DNA of 64,000 nt from Leptogorgia sarmentosa (lineage: Eukaryota), in contig OZ210885.1 of NCBI GenBank assembly GCA_964658305.1, positions 23,436,001-23,500,000 on the forward strand. Reading direction: 5' to 3'. This document shows, piece by piece, positions 12,450 through 23,817 of this stretch. The stretch's first letter is position 1. Each line of letters begins with the position of its first letter. A program made the translations under genes and the position numbers. The notes below the pieces were generated by a model. That model was given only the letters and a program-made list of their open reading frames with translations, was not told the DNA's origin and searched no databases.

Positions 12450-13754
12450 AGCCGAAGTTGTTGCTGGGAAAGCACACACAAACCGTTTTAAGTCATTCAA
12501 CTCTTGCCATTCGGACGTAGATTCACCAGTAGTAGGCGTTGCCAACCTTGGCAAGCTTCAGGTAATGGAGAGCAGTATGACGCCGATTCCATCCCACATG
12601 ATCCATAATCTCTGATAGATTAGACCCAGTTAATGCCAAAGTGATTGCACAACCTGAACGAAACCCATGTAAGGTCTCCCCATCATCATCCTTCATCTCC
12701 GTAAGATAATGCTTTAACCTGGCCTCCGCTGCGGAAGATGTCAACGGGGAATTCTTAACTCCACCCTGAGGGGTTGTCGGGCGAAACAAGTAGCCTGTGG
12801 TTAAGTCAATCTGCATCGCATTTGATACTGCGACATAATGCTCAATAGCCGCAACCGGACAAATAGTGAGGTTGGGGTTTCGCCGGATACCAAACACATT
12901 TTGATCGCCATCTCTGAGGGTCTTCCCCCAAACATGATTGAAAAGTAATCCATCGTCATTAGGGAACCGCAAGATCTCGGGCACTTTAACCTGACCCATA
13001 TCACCGGGGCAATCCCCACTGAAAAAGACGGCCTTAAAATAAGCCTAATCCCGAGCAATCAAAACCGCTGTGAAGAGGAGAGGGTAGGCCCTTCTGCCAG
13101 CCGACTTAAATGCAGTGCCAACCAGACCAACTTATCAATGAGAAAAGGTGTGGCTTGTTTTGGAGTAACGCGAGCTTGCAGCTGCTCCGCCGTGACCAAA
13201 CGCAAATAATCGTGAACTACTGTAGCCGCGGCCGGGTTGCCCAAACCCAAGCGCTTATCCCATTCTCCATCACATCCCAGAGCCAAAAAAATAGCACGTA
13301 ACTTCCCGATGTACGAGTCAACCGTCTTAAAAGAGAAGCGCATAGGACACACACATGCACAAACACCCTGTTGGCCCAGAAACAAGCAATCATTCTTGTG
13401 AACTTGAGTTTTCCCATGCTGGTCTTTAAACACCAAAAACCGTGTCACATCCCGTGGCGTCGCCGTCATCAATCCAGGGCGGCCGGGCAAAGCGGACAAA
13501 AAACATTCCAACTCCTTTCGCAATGATTCCTTCTGGCACACATAGCTAGTAGCCTGAGCCGACGTACCCAGCTGATCCAGATGAGTATCAATTGCCGACA
13601 AATCCACGGGAGGGGAAACGCCCGGATGTAATGAAACCGTCCGTTGTCGCTGGTAGCCGCAACGTTGGCAAAAATAGAAATCAAAATCATTCGCATAACC
13701 ACAACTCGGACACCTGTCGGACGCTACAAACAGCTTGGCCACAGGCACACAGGG
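12450..13754 (-). pseudogene. Tyrosine recombinase with N-terminal double-CxxC zinc ribbon (element A)
   Basis: CPSCGYAND...FCQRCG; SYIGKLRAIF; ETLHGFRSGCAITL...HVGW...ALHY. There is a stop/frameshift near 13050. Confidence 0.9.
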
Positions 13755-13846
13755 CTAAATAAAACAAGGGCAATAACCGTATGAAATCACACCATAATCA
13801 GAATTATATTGACCACTCAACTTTACAAACGGCAGGCATGTTCACA

Positions 13847-15950
13847 TCACCCCGCCGTGAAGTCTAAGGCAAAAACCCACAAATCCCCTGAGAGTCCTGG
13901 ATGTGGCACCCAACCTTGCGAACTCGGTACCCGTAGTGCAGACTGATCGCCCCTCCAGGCAACCCGTAGCGATAGAGTGGCATGTTCCTGAAGCAACGGC
14001 CACCAATATTTTCTGGGATATACATCCAATGTAACCAAAGTAGACGATCTGCGACATTGCTTCAAAAAACGTGATAAAGCGCCTACCATTACCAAAGGTG
14101 GAAAGACATATGGATGGGACAAAATTGGATCCTGTCGAGACAAATCCTGGGCAAAAACATTGACCGCGGCGGAATTCGGTGACAACCATGGGGTAAAATG
14201 CGGTAACAGATGGCCTTGCAAATCCCACATCACATTTGAATCAAGAGCCATCAAGGCACATGTGTGGCCCGTCACACCACCAAAGCGTTGTTGAACCAGA
14301 TTCCACATCTCCGCATCGAGACAACAATCTGAGGCTGACAGGCGACGAGATGGCGCATCCGCTGGATTGTCGTGACTAGAAACATGACTGATGAGACAAA
14401 TCCTGGGCAAAAACATTGATCCCGGCGGAATTCGGTGACAACCATGGGGTAAAATGCGGTAACAGATGGCCTTGCAAATCCCACATCACATTTGAATCAA
14501 GAGCCATCAAGTCACACGTGTGGCCCGTCACACCACCAAAGCGTTGTTGAACCAGATTCCACATCTCCGCATCGAGACAACAATCTGAGGCTGACAGGCG
14601 ACGAGATGGCGCATCCGCTGGATTGTCGTGACTAGAAACATGACTGATGCAGAGATGCACATTCAACGTAATGGTAGCAAAAAACAATCGCTTCACCGCC
14701 CAATTAAGCCGAGGGCTGCGGCCCCCGGCGGCATGCCAGGCAGCCACTACCGCCTGATTATCCACCAGAGCATCGACCCACATATTCTGGACTGTATTGG
14801 GGAAGGAAAATAAGACTCGCTCGAGAGCGATCGCCTCCTTAACCGAGACATCCCATTCTACTTCGTCTGGCGCCCAATAATCAGACACCTGGAGAGGCAT
14901 CGGCGAGGTCATCGAACCACCCCAACCAAACGCGGATGCATCTGATGCAATTGTGACATAAATATGTCGCTCGTCCCTCCAAGGTACCGAATGACACCAC
15001 ATATCGACAGACACCCAATGAGTAAGCTCCTCCCACAACGGACCCCGTAAAAAAATTTTCGGTTTTCCGGTCCGATGGTACAGAGATATAGCTGTATTCA
15101 TTTCACGTGTAAATAACAGAGTGGCCGGAACCACCAGTGAGAAAGAAACACATTTCCCGACCAACTGTTGCAAAAGCTTTACCGTAACGTGGCGACCCTG
15201 CAAAATCTCCGTCGCCAAGGCCATGAGTTGACCAAAAACCCCAGATATGGCACGACCTTGCGAGGCACCAACACCGATTTTGACAAGTTGAGAAAATAAC
15301 CCAGGTGAACCAATGTATACATCACTAAGAAGAGAGTGGATTTTGCCGCCAAAAACGACTGTCCGTTGTGTCGATCATCAATCTATAATGAACACGGTAC
15401 GCGAATTGAACGGAAGTAATTCGAGACCACCAGCCCTGTAGTATGGTAGACATAAGGAGACGCTTTCCATCCAAACGGGAGGGAATTATATAGGAAAACC
15501 CATCCTCCCCATTGGATCCCAAAATATTGACGCGTCGCCGAATCAAGCAAGAGATGATCATACCCCGACTTATCATCGAGGACCGTCTGGTAAAAATCAC
15601 GTTCCACGTACCGAGGAAGATCACTCAATGAGTTGAGACGAAACGGATTATATTGAATCCACAATTTCAAAAAACGTAGGATTATTGGAAAAATAAGACA
15701 CGGGAGGTCGATCAGAATCATATGCTCGACCTTTGAATACGCCTTTATAATGCTGCCATTGTGGACAAATCGACACTTTATCCCGAATCCAACTCAGCAC
15801 TCGAGCCTGCTGTGGAGTCGGAGAATGTCCCACCAAAGTCTCCCAATAAGCAGCATGTGCATGCAGTTCCCCAGCACGAAATGATGACGGGTCCCGGAAT
15901 ACTAAGTCCGCAGGGTCGCCCAACGATTGCCCATTCATAATAAAACACAT
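13847..15950 (-). pseudogene. RT + RNase H + methyltransferase-like pol (element A), frameshifted, with a 256-bp internal duplication
   Basis: RT: LDDKSGYDH, LPFGWKASP. RNase H: ASDAS, KEAIAL, LVDNQ, NPADAPSR. MT-like: VNVFAQD...YVFPP...PRKYWWP. Confidence 0.9.
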
Positions 15951-16194
15951 GGAACCCCCAAAGAGCCAGTGGAAGGATGACAGTTCTGACCTGGCCTAGC
16001 CAGGGGAGTTAGTTTGGAGACTCTGTTTCAAAACTGACAAACCCCCAAAAACCCTTAAATATGAGAACTGAAACCCCCAAAACAAGACACACTGTAATAT
16101 AGTTGTAAACACTCCTATTCTCTTTTGAAGAATTGACAAAGTAATACACAATGCATAGCACTAACCCAACAACACAATATCATCATTCCTACAA

Positions 16195-18250
16195 CTATTC
16201 ATGCAATTCAGTTATGGAGGTCGAGGCTGGCGCAGGAGTTCCAGAATTCTGACGTGCTTGAGTATCTTGTTTTTTCTTAAAACACGTAGCCTGGAAATGC
16301 CCCGGAATTCCACAGTAGAAGCATCGGCGATCCTGCAGATTGCCCTGACCCCCACAACCTCGCTTGATTGGTCGCCGAGAATCCTGCTCAGCCTTGCGCG
16401 AATATCTCTTATCCACTTTACTGACGCGGTCCAACACGCGTTCTTGATCCTTATCGCACAATAGTGCCAACAACAAGTCACGGAAATACTGAGATGACTC
16501 GCCAATCTTATCCCGCATAGTATCATAGGTCGCCAGATAGTAAGCACTCTTGTCGTGCTTTAAGTCCATAGCCGTATCCTTCAAAGATTCCAACAATTCT
16601 AATGCGTCATATTTGTCGGTCGTGCGGTTATGCTCACAATCTTCTTCTGAAGAGCGTCGACAGAAGGCTTCGACAACATCTCTATATTCTTCTTCAGAAC
16701 AGCCAACTCCTTCTTAAGGTTCTATAAAAAGGACAACAGTATAACTGCCACATCCGCCTTTTAAGGAACCCTAAGGAACTGAGGCAACATTGAACATGCA
16801 ATTTAATAGACGTAACTGCAATCCGAACTGCCTACATGTAACTCTGCCATGTACATGTCTAAAATACCCCTGTGAACGGTAACAGACAATCAATGAACCC
16901 ATCCATGCCGAGGCTGATGTACAAACACTGCCCCCCAGGAACGAACGGCCGATGAGCACCAACCATGCACGCACGGAATATGCCACAACAGGGAAATCAC
17001 AACATAACCTAACTGTCTGTGGCCGACAGGACAACCCCTACAGGTGGTCGTACTGTAACCCCACCGAACCGGTGCAACTAGCAGATAACAGACCCATCGA
17101 CCGCAATGGTGCCCGACCACGCCCTTCAGCGCGAAAATTTAACCTTCCATCTGGCCGTTCAAGACATGAACCATTCATGCGGATGGCTCCCCTGAACTGG
17201 CCATCAGTTACTACTGCCTACTAGTAGTTAATGGACCATCCCCACAGGTGGCCCCGCACAAAACTCCCCATCAGGGAACTGCAAATAGCCATCTAGCCGT
17301 AAACCAACAGAAGCCCGCAGGCAGCTGGCGACACGCTGACACCGGCTGGACTTCATATAACTTAACTGTCCTGCTGGCAGTCAACAGAACCACACATACA
17401 GGGGTTCACTACCAATACTTCAAGCCACCCAATTTTACTATCCCACTGGCAGTAAAATACGTAACGATAAGACACAGCGATGGCTAAACCTGAACGCCGA
17501 GAAGATAACTGTCCCACGAACAGTTAACCGAACAATCTCCACTGGGAAATGCCGATCCCATACTTGAAACTAGCACATAACCGCCCTAGCGAATCATGCC
17601 AGACAACCATATTCAGGACAATATCATCGCCTTACAAACGCAAACCGAGTGCGTACCCCCAAGAGTATAATGTATCATAATCGGCAAAAATCAGCCCCCG
17701 CGTCACGGCAAACGAACATACCTATATAAAAGAATAGGCAAACAAACTATCCTAGCTGAAATCCTAATGCAGAAAATGTGCCGCCTGTAGCATGCATGTA
17801 ATAACCGTGCAACCTAATACAAGAGTAACCGACTAAACCGATAGCCGTCAGCAAAATGTTAAGAATAAGTCTACCAACAGCACGCGACAAGTAGAAAGCG
17901 CTGATCGTAATAAACATGTGTGAGCGACTCCCATAGAACACTAAATATGCAAACTGTTGTTTTCGCCAAACCCGACAGTACCATCAAGTCAGCAAATAGA
18001 TCAATATAATAATCATCCCGAGAAATCAACTCATAGGGAAATCATCGATACACAAAAAAAAAACCAACAAGAAAGATATAGAATACCTCCAACTCTTCAT
18101 TCGGATTGTTCGCCACTGCTTGAAGAACAGGGGCTGCCGGAGGCGGTTGTGTTGCTGTTGTGGATCTATTTCAGGGCCTAGGGGCACCTGAACAGCATCA
18201 TGATCCCGTTCCTGAATAAATTGTACATCACCTTCAACCTCTTCAGCCAT
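16195..18250 (-). pseudogene. Spliced gag with CCHC zinc knuckle (element A); exon 1 18250-18087, intron 18086-16722, exon 2 16721-16195
   Basis: Zinc knuckle CFYCGIPGHFQATC; donor TTGGAG|GTATTC; acceptor ttgtcctttttatAG|AAC. Each exon carries one frameshift. Confidence 0.7.
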
Positions 18251-20040
18251 AGAAAATTCGTGCCTTGTTTCAATCACAAAATCGTCCTGTTACTACAACT
18301 CACTTTGTTGCTGACTTGAAGATACTGAGCTAAAACCGAGTTTAACAGCCTTTTATACCTATGGTCCTCCGTCCCTATCCTAATCTTTTATTCACAATTC
18401 CTTATTAGGTATTATTTATCACTAAATCACTTTTGCATATAATTACGAGTGTTAAGAATAGTATGCTGGTACATATATGCAGCTGCACTTTTCTAAAACT
18501 GTTTTTAATTATGCTTCAAAGAGATCTGGTTGATAGAAAGACAGGATGGAAAACACAAAAGTGGACATGCTCCCAAACTGCTCCTTGCAGGCAGAATGAT
18601 AACTATAACTGCTGAGTATTTGTTTGTTTTTAAAGTTTTCAAAATCGTATATTTTTATTGCACTGTAGCTAAATTAAAAAAAAACAATTTCTGCATTTTG
18701 GATACTTCTGACTTCAATATTTTTTGTTGTCATAGTTTGCACACTGTGTAGCTCATGGAGAAGGTGAGAAAATAGAACGTGAGAAAATATTTGATACTGT
18801 GTATGGGAACTGCTACGATGATGTGGGCAGGTAAAATTGTACTGAATAATGTGGTCAGTTATCACTTATAAGAAAAACTTTAAACTATTTAGCTGAAGCA
18901 AGTGAACAATTGTTGAAATATACATTAATGCTCAAGATTTTTTCTTGTTGCAGTGGAAGAAACACGGCAGTATGCAAAATGTGCAAAAACGATGACGGCG
19001 ATGACTGGCTCGGTTGCGACAAATGTGGGCAATTTTTTCACGCCAGTTGCAGGGTTGTTTTTTCGACAGCCCTCTCTCAAACCTTTTATTGTTAGGACTG
19101 TTGTGTAAATTATGCCTGTACATACTGTATGTACCTATTCAATGTTTAAAATAGTTATGTAAATGTGGAGTGAAAAAATAATTTGTGTTATTTGTGAAGT
19201 TTAATAACTTTAGACACCCTGTTGTTAGTAAAGTGACTTATAGTTAGATACTATGTTTCCTCTATTCAGCCCTTTTGGGGCTTATTTATTTTTGCCAGCT
19301 TTCAATTGGGGTTCATTGGAAGGGGGATAAATATAGGGTGGGCCCTTCCTGAATTTCCCGCAGATTTGTTAACGTAAATATGCCAATTGACACAACACAT
19401 TCATCTATATCAATTTGTATTAAAGTATGCCCCATCCAATGTGGTCAGTATACGGTAATGCCTTTTCCTCTGATAAACGTTTTTAACAACGACCTTAACG
19501 AGAGGTTACAGTCCCTTTTGCGCATGTGCTAGCTTTGTTTACGTCTGGAGACTCCACCGGATGTGTCAGTATTATTCTTGGTCTAGTCTCACTCACTTCC
19601 GGCAATAATAAAGGCTCGTTTGTTTTAATTGAGGGGTGAGCATATTATTTAAATCGGTGTAATCAGTGCATGCCTCTTGTAACATGTGATGTTCTTGTTT
19701 CAAATAAGGGGTCGTCATGCACACACATCTCACAAATTCCTCATAGAAAGGACAAGGTAATACTTATGAACCCATTATACATGTATCAGATGGACTATTC
19801 ATAGAAAGACCAAATATTATTTATGAAATGCCCCAATATTGTCATATTGTAATAACAATACTGTCTGGCTTTTTGTGAACAGTAGTTCAATAAATATTAC
19901 AATTTTGACTGATTAATCCAATAATGCTGTTTAGGGGAGTCAGGGAGTGGACAGATAATTTATTTAAAGCAGTGAAGTGTGCTGTTGGGGGGGAGGTTAT
20001 TTCCTGCCACACTATGGGTAGTTACCATGCAGCAGTCATA

Positions 20041-21032
20041 CAGGCGCGGATCCAGACCGTGGCGAACGGTGCTCGCGCCACGGTCAGATTTTTCCCACCC
20101 TAGATTTTCCGGGGTTCACCTTTTTCTGATATTAGATTAAAGAATAATAATTTGAAATAAATCCTTCAAAATCAAGGAAATCTGCATCTATTGCAGCCTA
20201 TTTGAATAACATTTTCCCTGATAGTTCACATTATTTTATGTGGTGTCATATTTCGCGTCAAATGCAATGAAAACGCCGAAATATTATGTCTCTTCAATAG
20301 CATAATCATTCAGTTAACACTGAACTATAAAAACAGCCGAAACCGTACCGAACTGTGCCGAATATGTTCGGTAAACAGTCAAAAATTTGAAGCTGCCGCC
20401 TGCGATCACAGCCACAAATTTTGCCACGGTCAGTGTGCAAAAAGTTTCCATTTGTTACTAAACATAGTAACTTTCTGCCACAGTGCAGAGGTGCAAACCA
20501 ATCACAGGGCTAGCTGTGGTCATGTGCACCACAGTGAGTGTATTTTTATTGCACAATTCAAATGATCAACGATGAGTTTGGGTACTTGTCGGATTTGACG
20601 GGTAGAATTTCATAACAAACCTATACTTATCGAATGCTTGTTAGAATGGAGGCTTTTGAAAAGGTCGATGTTCTCAAGAAGCTCGTTGAAATCTTTCAAA
20701 AATTGAACCAGGGCGAAGATATTTCAGGGCAGTTATCACTCTTGAGGCAACAATGTGATAAATTTATCACTGAAGGAAAAGCTCTGCCGTATAAAATCTA
20801 CAGGCGACATTGTGCTGTGAGTGTGCGAATTTTCCAAAAGTCAACTGTCCCCAAGAGTCAAATTGAAAGATCTGGGCCTAATATCCATGTTAAGTAAGAA
20901 TTATATGATAGAATTCGATGCTCTGAACACAGGAAATGTATTCAAATATTTAGCGGGGGTGCCCCCGGACCCCCCTGGTTATGCGAGTTTTTGACCCTGC
21001 CACGGTCAGATTTAATGCTGGATCCGCGCCTG
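20041..21032. mobile_element. Non-autonomous hAT-type element
   Basis: Perfect 15-bp TIR CAGGCGCGGATCCAG / CTGGATCCGCGCCTG, resembling the autonomous hAT TIR CAGGGGCGGATCCAG. The flanks share only GTCATA (imperfect TSD). Confidence 0.8.
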
Positions 21033-21132
21033 GTCATACCCATAGTAGGACAAGTAAAGCAAGGTGATATATGTCATTTTAGAACACATGCCATATATGA
21101 GTAATGAAAACACAATTTTTATACAGTATATT

Positions 21133-21645
21133 TAACAGTTATTCTGCGAACTCGAGTCGTATATAATCGTATTATAACAGTTTTACAGCTTGATAAATAC
21201 ACGCCAAAAAGCACTGAAAAAACAACAGTTACGGAATTAAAATAGTCAACGTTTCGATTAAACCATAGCTAGTTTTAAATTTCAGCAGTTTTCATCTGTA
21301 TTTTTCTGCATTTGAAAGTACAACACAAATTCTTCCGTTGTAAAATGTCAACAAACAGCAACAAGCGATCCAACTCAGTCAAGCAATAAATATTACAGCG
21401 TCGAGTCCGGTTGTCCAGATTCAAAACTGCACAATAAACATTTACAACTAAACTTCTTGAATTTTATTCTTTTAATCGGTCGCAAAGACGTTTTTAACTG
21501 TTGAAAACTTCAATTTCGGCTCCGCTCTTCCAGCCATTTTGTTTACATTTCTGTACTAGCAGGATATGAGCTAATATCCTGCTAGTAGAGAACCAATCAG
21601 ATTGCAGAATAGCTCATATCCAGTGCTTGTGTATATAATAATAGT
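21133..21645. mobile_element. Short non-coding repeat element (possibly non-autonomous Crypton-like) into whose end YR element B inserted
   Basis: It begins TAACAGTTATT and, with element B removed, ends TAATAGTTATT (short direct repeats). There is an internal perfect 14-bp hairpin at 21554-21587. The family call is a guess. Confidence 0.3.
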
Positions 21646-22132
21646 AAAATATCCAAACTGGCCATTCTTCCACGGATCATTGATTAGCATTGGGAAAAGG
21701 GAAGATCCATTGTTTCCAATGAATCATGAATGAATTCCGTAGAAGAAAACCAGCGAGGACAGGACGCAGACGGGTGGGGGGGAGGGCGCATTTTACTGCA
21801 ACGTACGAGTACCCCACCCCAACCATTCCCCGGCCCCCATCCCCCTCCCGCTCCTGTATCCTGTTACTTTATCCTAGCACTCCAATATCGTCGTGGCGAT
21901 CAGCACAAATTATGGCATATAGCACGGGAGACGCGGCATTTTATACACGGCAAATCATTATTTATTCATCAACTGCATTACTTATTCGTATTTTAATGCT
22001 CAATAATGATCCCTGAGCGTTTTGTCCAATTTGAATAGTAAAATATCCAAACTGGCCATTCTTCCACGGATCATTGATTAGCATTGGGAAAAGGGAAGAT
22101 CCATTGTTTCCAATGAATCATGAATGAATTCC
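21640..22132. repeat. 3' split-direct-repeat block B2 / A2 / B1 of element B
   Basis: The 99-bp B repeat appears identical in its two copies. The ~172-bp A repeat is nearly identical to 29023-29194. Confidence 0.95.
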
Positions 22133-22187
22133 TTCGCAAAAAACCGCTACTGCCTACTCCTGACCCCAATCCCACCAACCCTCCCCT

Positions 22188-22272
22188 TTCCCCATACTCA
22201 ACATCCTTTCCCCATACTCAACATCCTTTGCCCATACTCAACATCCTTTCCCCATACTCAACATCCTTTCCC
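22188..22272. repeat. 20-bp tandem repeat (TCCCATACTCAACATCCTTT) x~4 in the 3' UTR of element B
   Basis: Directly visible. Confidence 0.9.
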
Positions 22273-22347
22273 CCCCCCCACCTATTGACCAAGGTTCCCT
22301 TCCATACCGGAAGGAGTAAAGGGACACAGAGGACATCACTCGATGGT

Positions 22348-23690
22348 CTACGACGACAATGGCGGGAATGCGAGGACGAAATCCTTAACAGCATTGAGGT
22401 CCTGGTACAATTTAGTCAAATTTTCCGCTGATTGAGGACCATCCACTGCTGCTGCCATGAGAGCGGAAGTGCTGTCGTGTCGAAGCACCTGCTCCAGCTG
22501 CATATAATACCGCGCCGTATGGGCTCTTTCCCATCCAACATGGCCCATAATGTCCGCCAATGCGGAACCAGATAGGGCCAGGGTAACAGCGCATCCGGAG
22601 CGGAAACTGTGCGCCGTCTCACCTTCATCCAAGCCTGCGGCCGAAAGGTACGTCTTCAACCTGCCATTCATACCTTCTGACGATACGGATGTGTCGGCAA
22701 TTGTTCCTTGCACCGTTGTAGGACGAAACAAAAACCCGTGGGAGAGATCCACCTGCATGATACGTGAAGTCGAAATATATCGCTCAATCGCAGCTACAGG
22801 GCATATACGTGTATTAGAACATCGTCGAATACCAAAAAGATTGGAACCATCCCCGCGAAGCGTCTTACCCCATATGTGATTAAACAATAATCCATCATCA
22901 TTGGGGAAGCGGAGAATCTCATTGGTACGAACCTGAGCAAGATCACCCGGCCGATCACCCGAAAAGAAAAGGGTCTTCAAATAGGCTTGATCTCGGGTCA
23001 AAATGTACGTTTGCAAAGGGTCGTCCTGGCAACTCAGAATACGATGATCGATATGGTCGGATAACCGGGCTAGCTTGTCGACAAACAATGGGACCGCCTG
23101 TGGAGTCACACCTGCCGCTGCCTGCTCTTCTTTAACACACTTCAGGTAATTCTTTACCAATAGGGAAGCCACAGGATTACCTAAACCAAATCCACTTTCC
23201 CAGTCCCCCCCCATGATCATTATTCTTAAAAACAGTGCGTAACTTCCCCACGAGAGAATCGACAGTGCCGGCCACCAAACGAAGCAGGCATTCACAGGAA
23301 AAGGAACCTTTAAGGCCCCGATGCGGGCACAGCAGGGAGTGGACCTGGGTTTTTTCCAGTCTTGTCTTTCCACACAAGAAACCGAACGATATCCAAAGGG
23401 GTAGCTGACAGGAGATCCTTGGGCACGGGCAAAGAGCCCAAAAACTGAACCAAAAGATCAGCCACACGGGACGTCTGGCGATCATACGCAGACTCTTGGT
23501 TAAACAGCTGAGAAATTCGCGCATCAACCGATGGGAGGTCAACCGGCAGCACCTGGCCCTGTTGCGGAATCATAACAGACCGACGAACATAGCCACACTG
23601 TTGACAAAACCGAAAACCGTGGTCGTTCGGATATGAGCAATTTGGACATGCCACAGCCGGAAGCCATATACGAGGGAGCACCCAAAGAGA
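22348..23690 (-). pseudogene. Tyrosine recombinase with N-terminal zinc ribbon (element B); two frameshifts at homopolymers
   Basis: CPNCSYPND...FCQQCG; FFSGDRPGDL (Arg box); TAHSFRSGCA...HVGW...ARYY. Confidence 0.92.
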
Positions 23691-23817
23691 CTATGGTATA
23701 AAGTAAAACGCAGAACGCCATGAGTTAACATACATTTAATGAACATAAGCCTACACAATGAGATTGTGACTGGGTCGTAGACCAAAATATTACAACTCAA
23801 TCACGCAGTCCTAGGAA

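Larger units (their letters stand above)
12330..18462 (-). mobile_element. YR retrotransposon A (Ngaro/PAT-like), degenerate, 3' repeats lost
   Basis: Same gag-RT/RH/MT-YR order as element B (21640-29194) with clear protein similarity to it. The 5' end is at GAATAGT (18456-18462) like element B, and a TATA-like GTATAAAA lies at ~18351-18358 (-). The left boundary is approximate. Confidence 0.85.
12060..19100 (+). pseudogene. Remnant exons of a Ulp1/SENP-type (C48) protease plus PHD finger gene, interrupted by YR element A
   Basis: ~12175-12222 gives ILFPINFTGNHWTLL (catalytic His motif) followed by GT. ~18590-18625 gives QNDNYNC*VFV (QxDxxxCG motif with a stop). ~18970-19050 gives CKMC...WLGCDKCGQFFHASC (PHD). 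Confidence 0.65.

Noticed and set aside
12450..23690. Prophage or bacterial integrase origin of the tyrosine recombinases
   Set aside because: Each is linked to gag/RT/RNase H in DIRS/Ngaro arrangements with splice signals; there are no phage genes.
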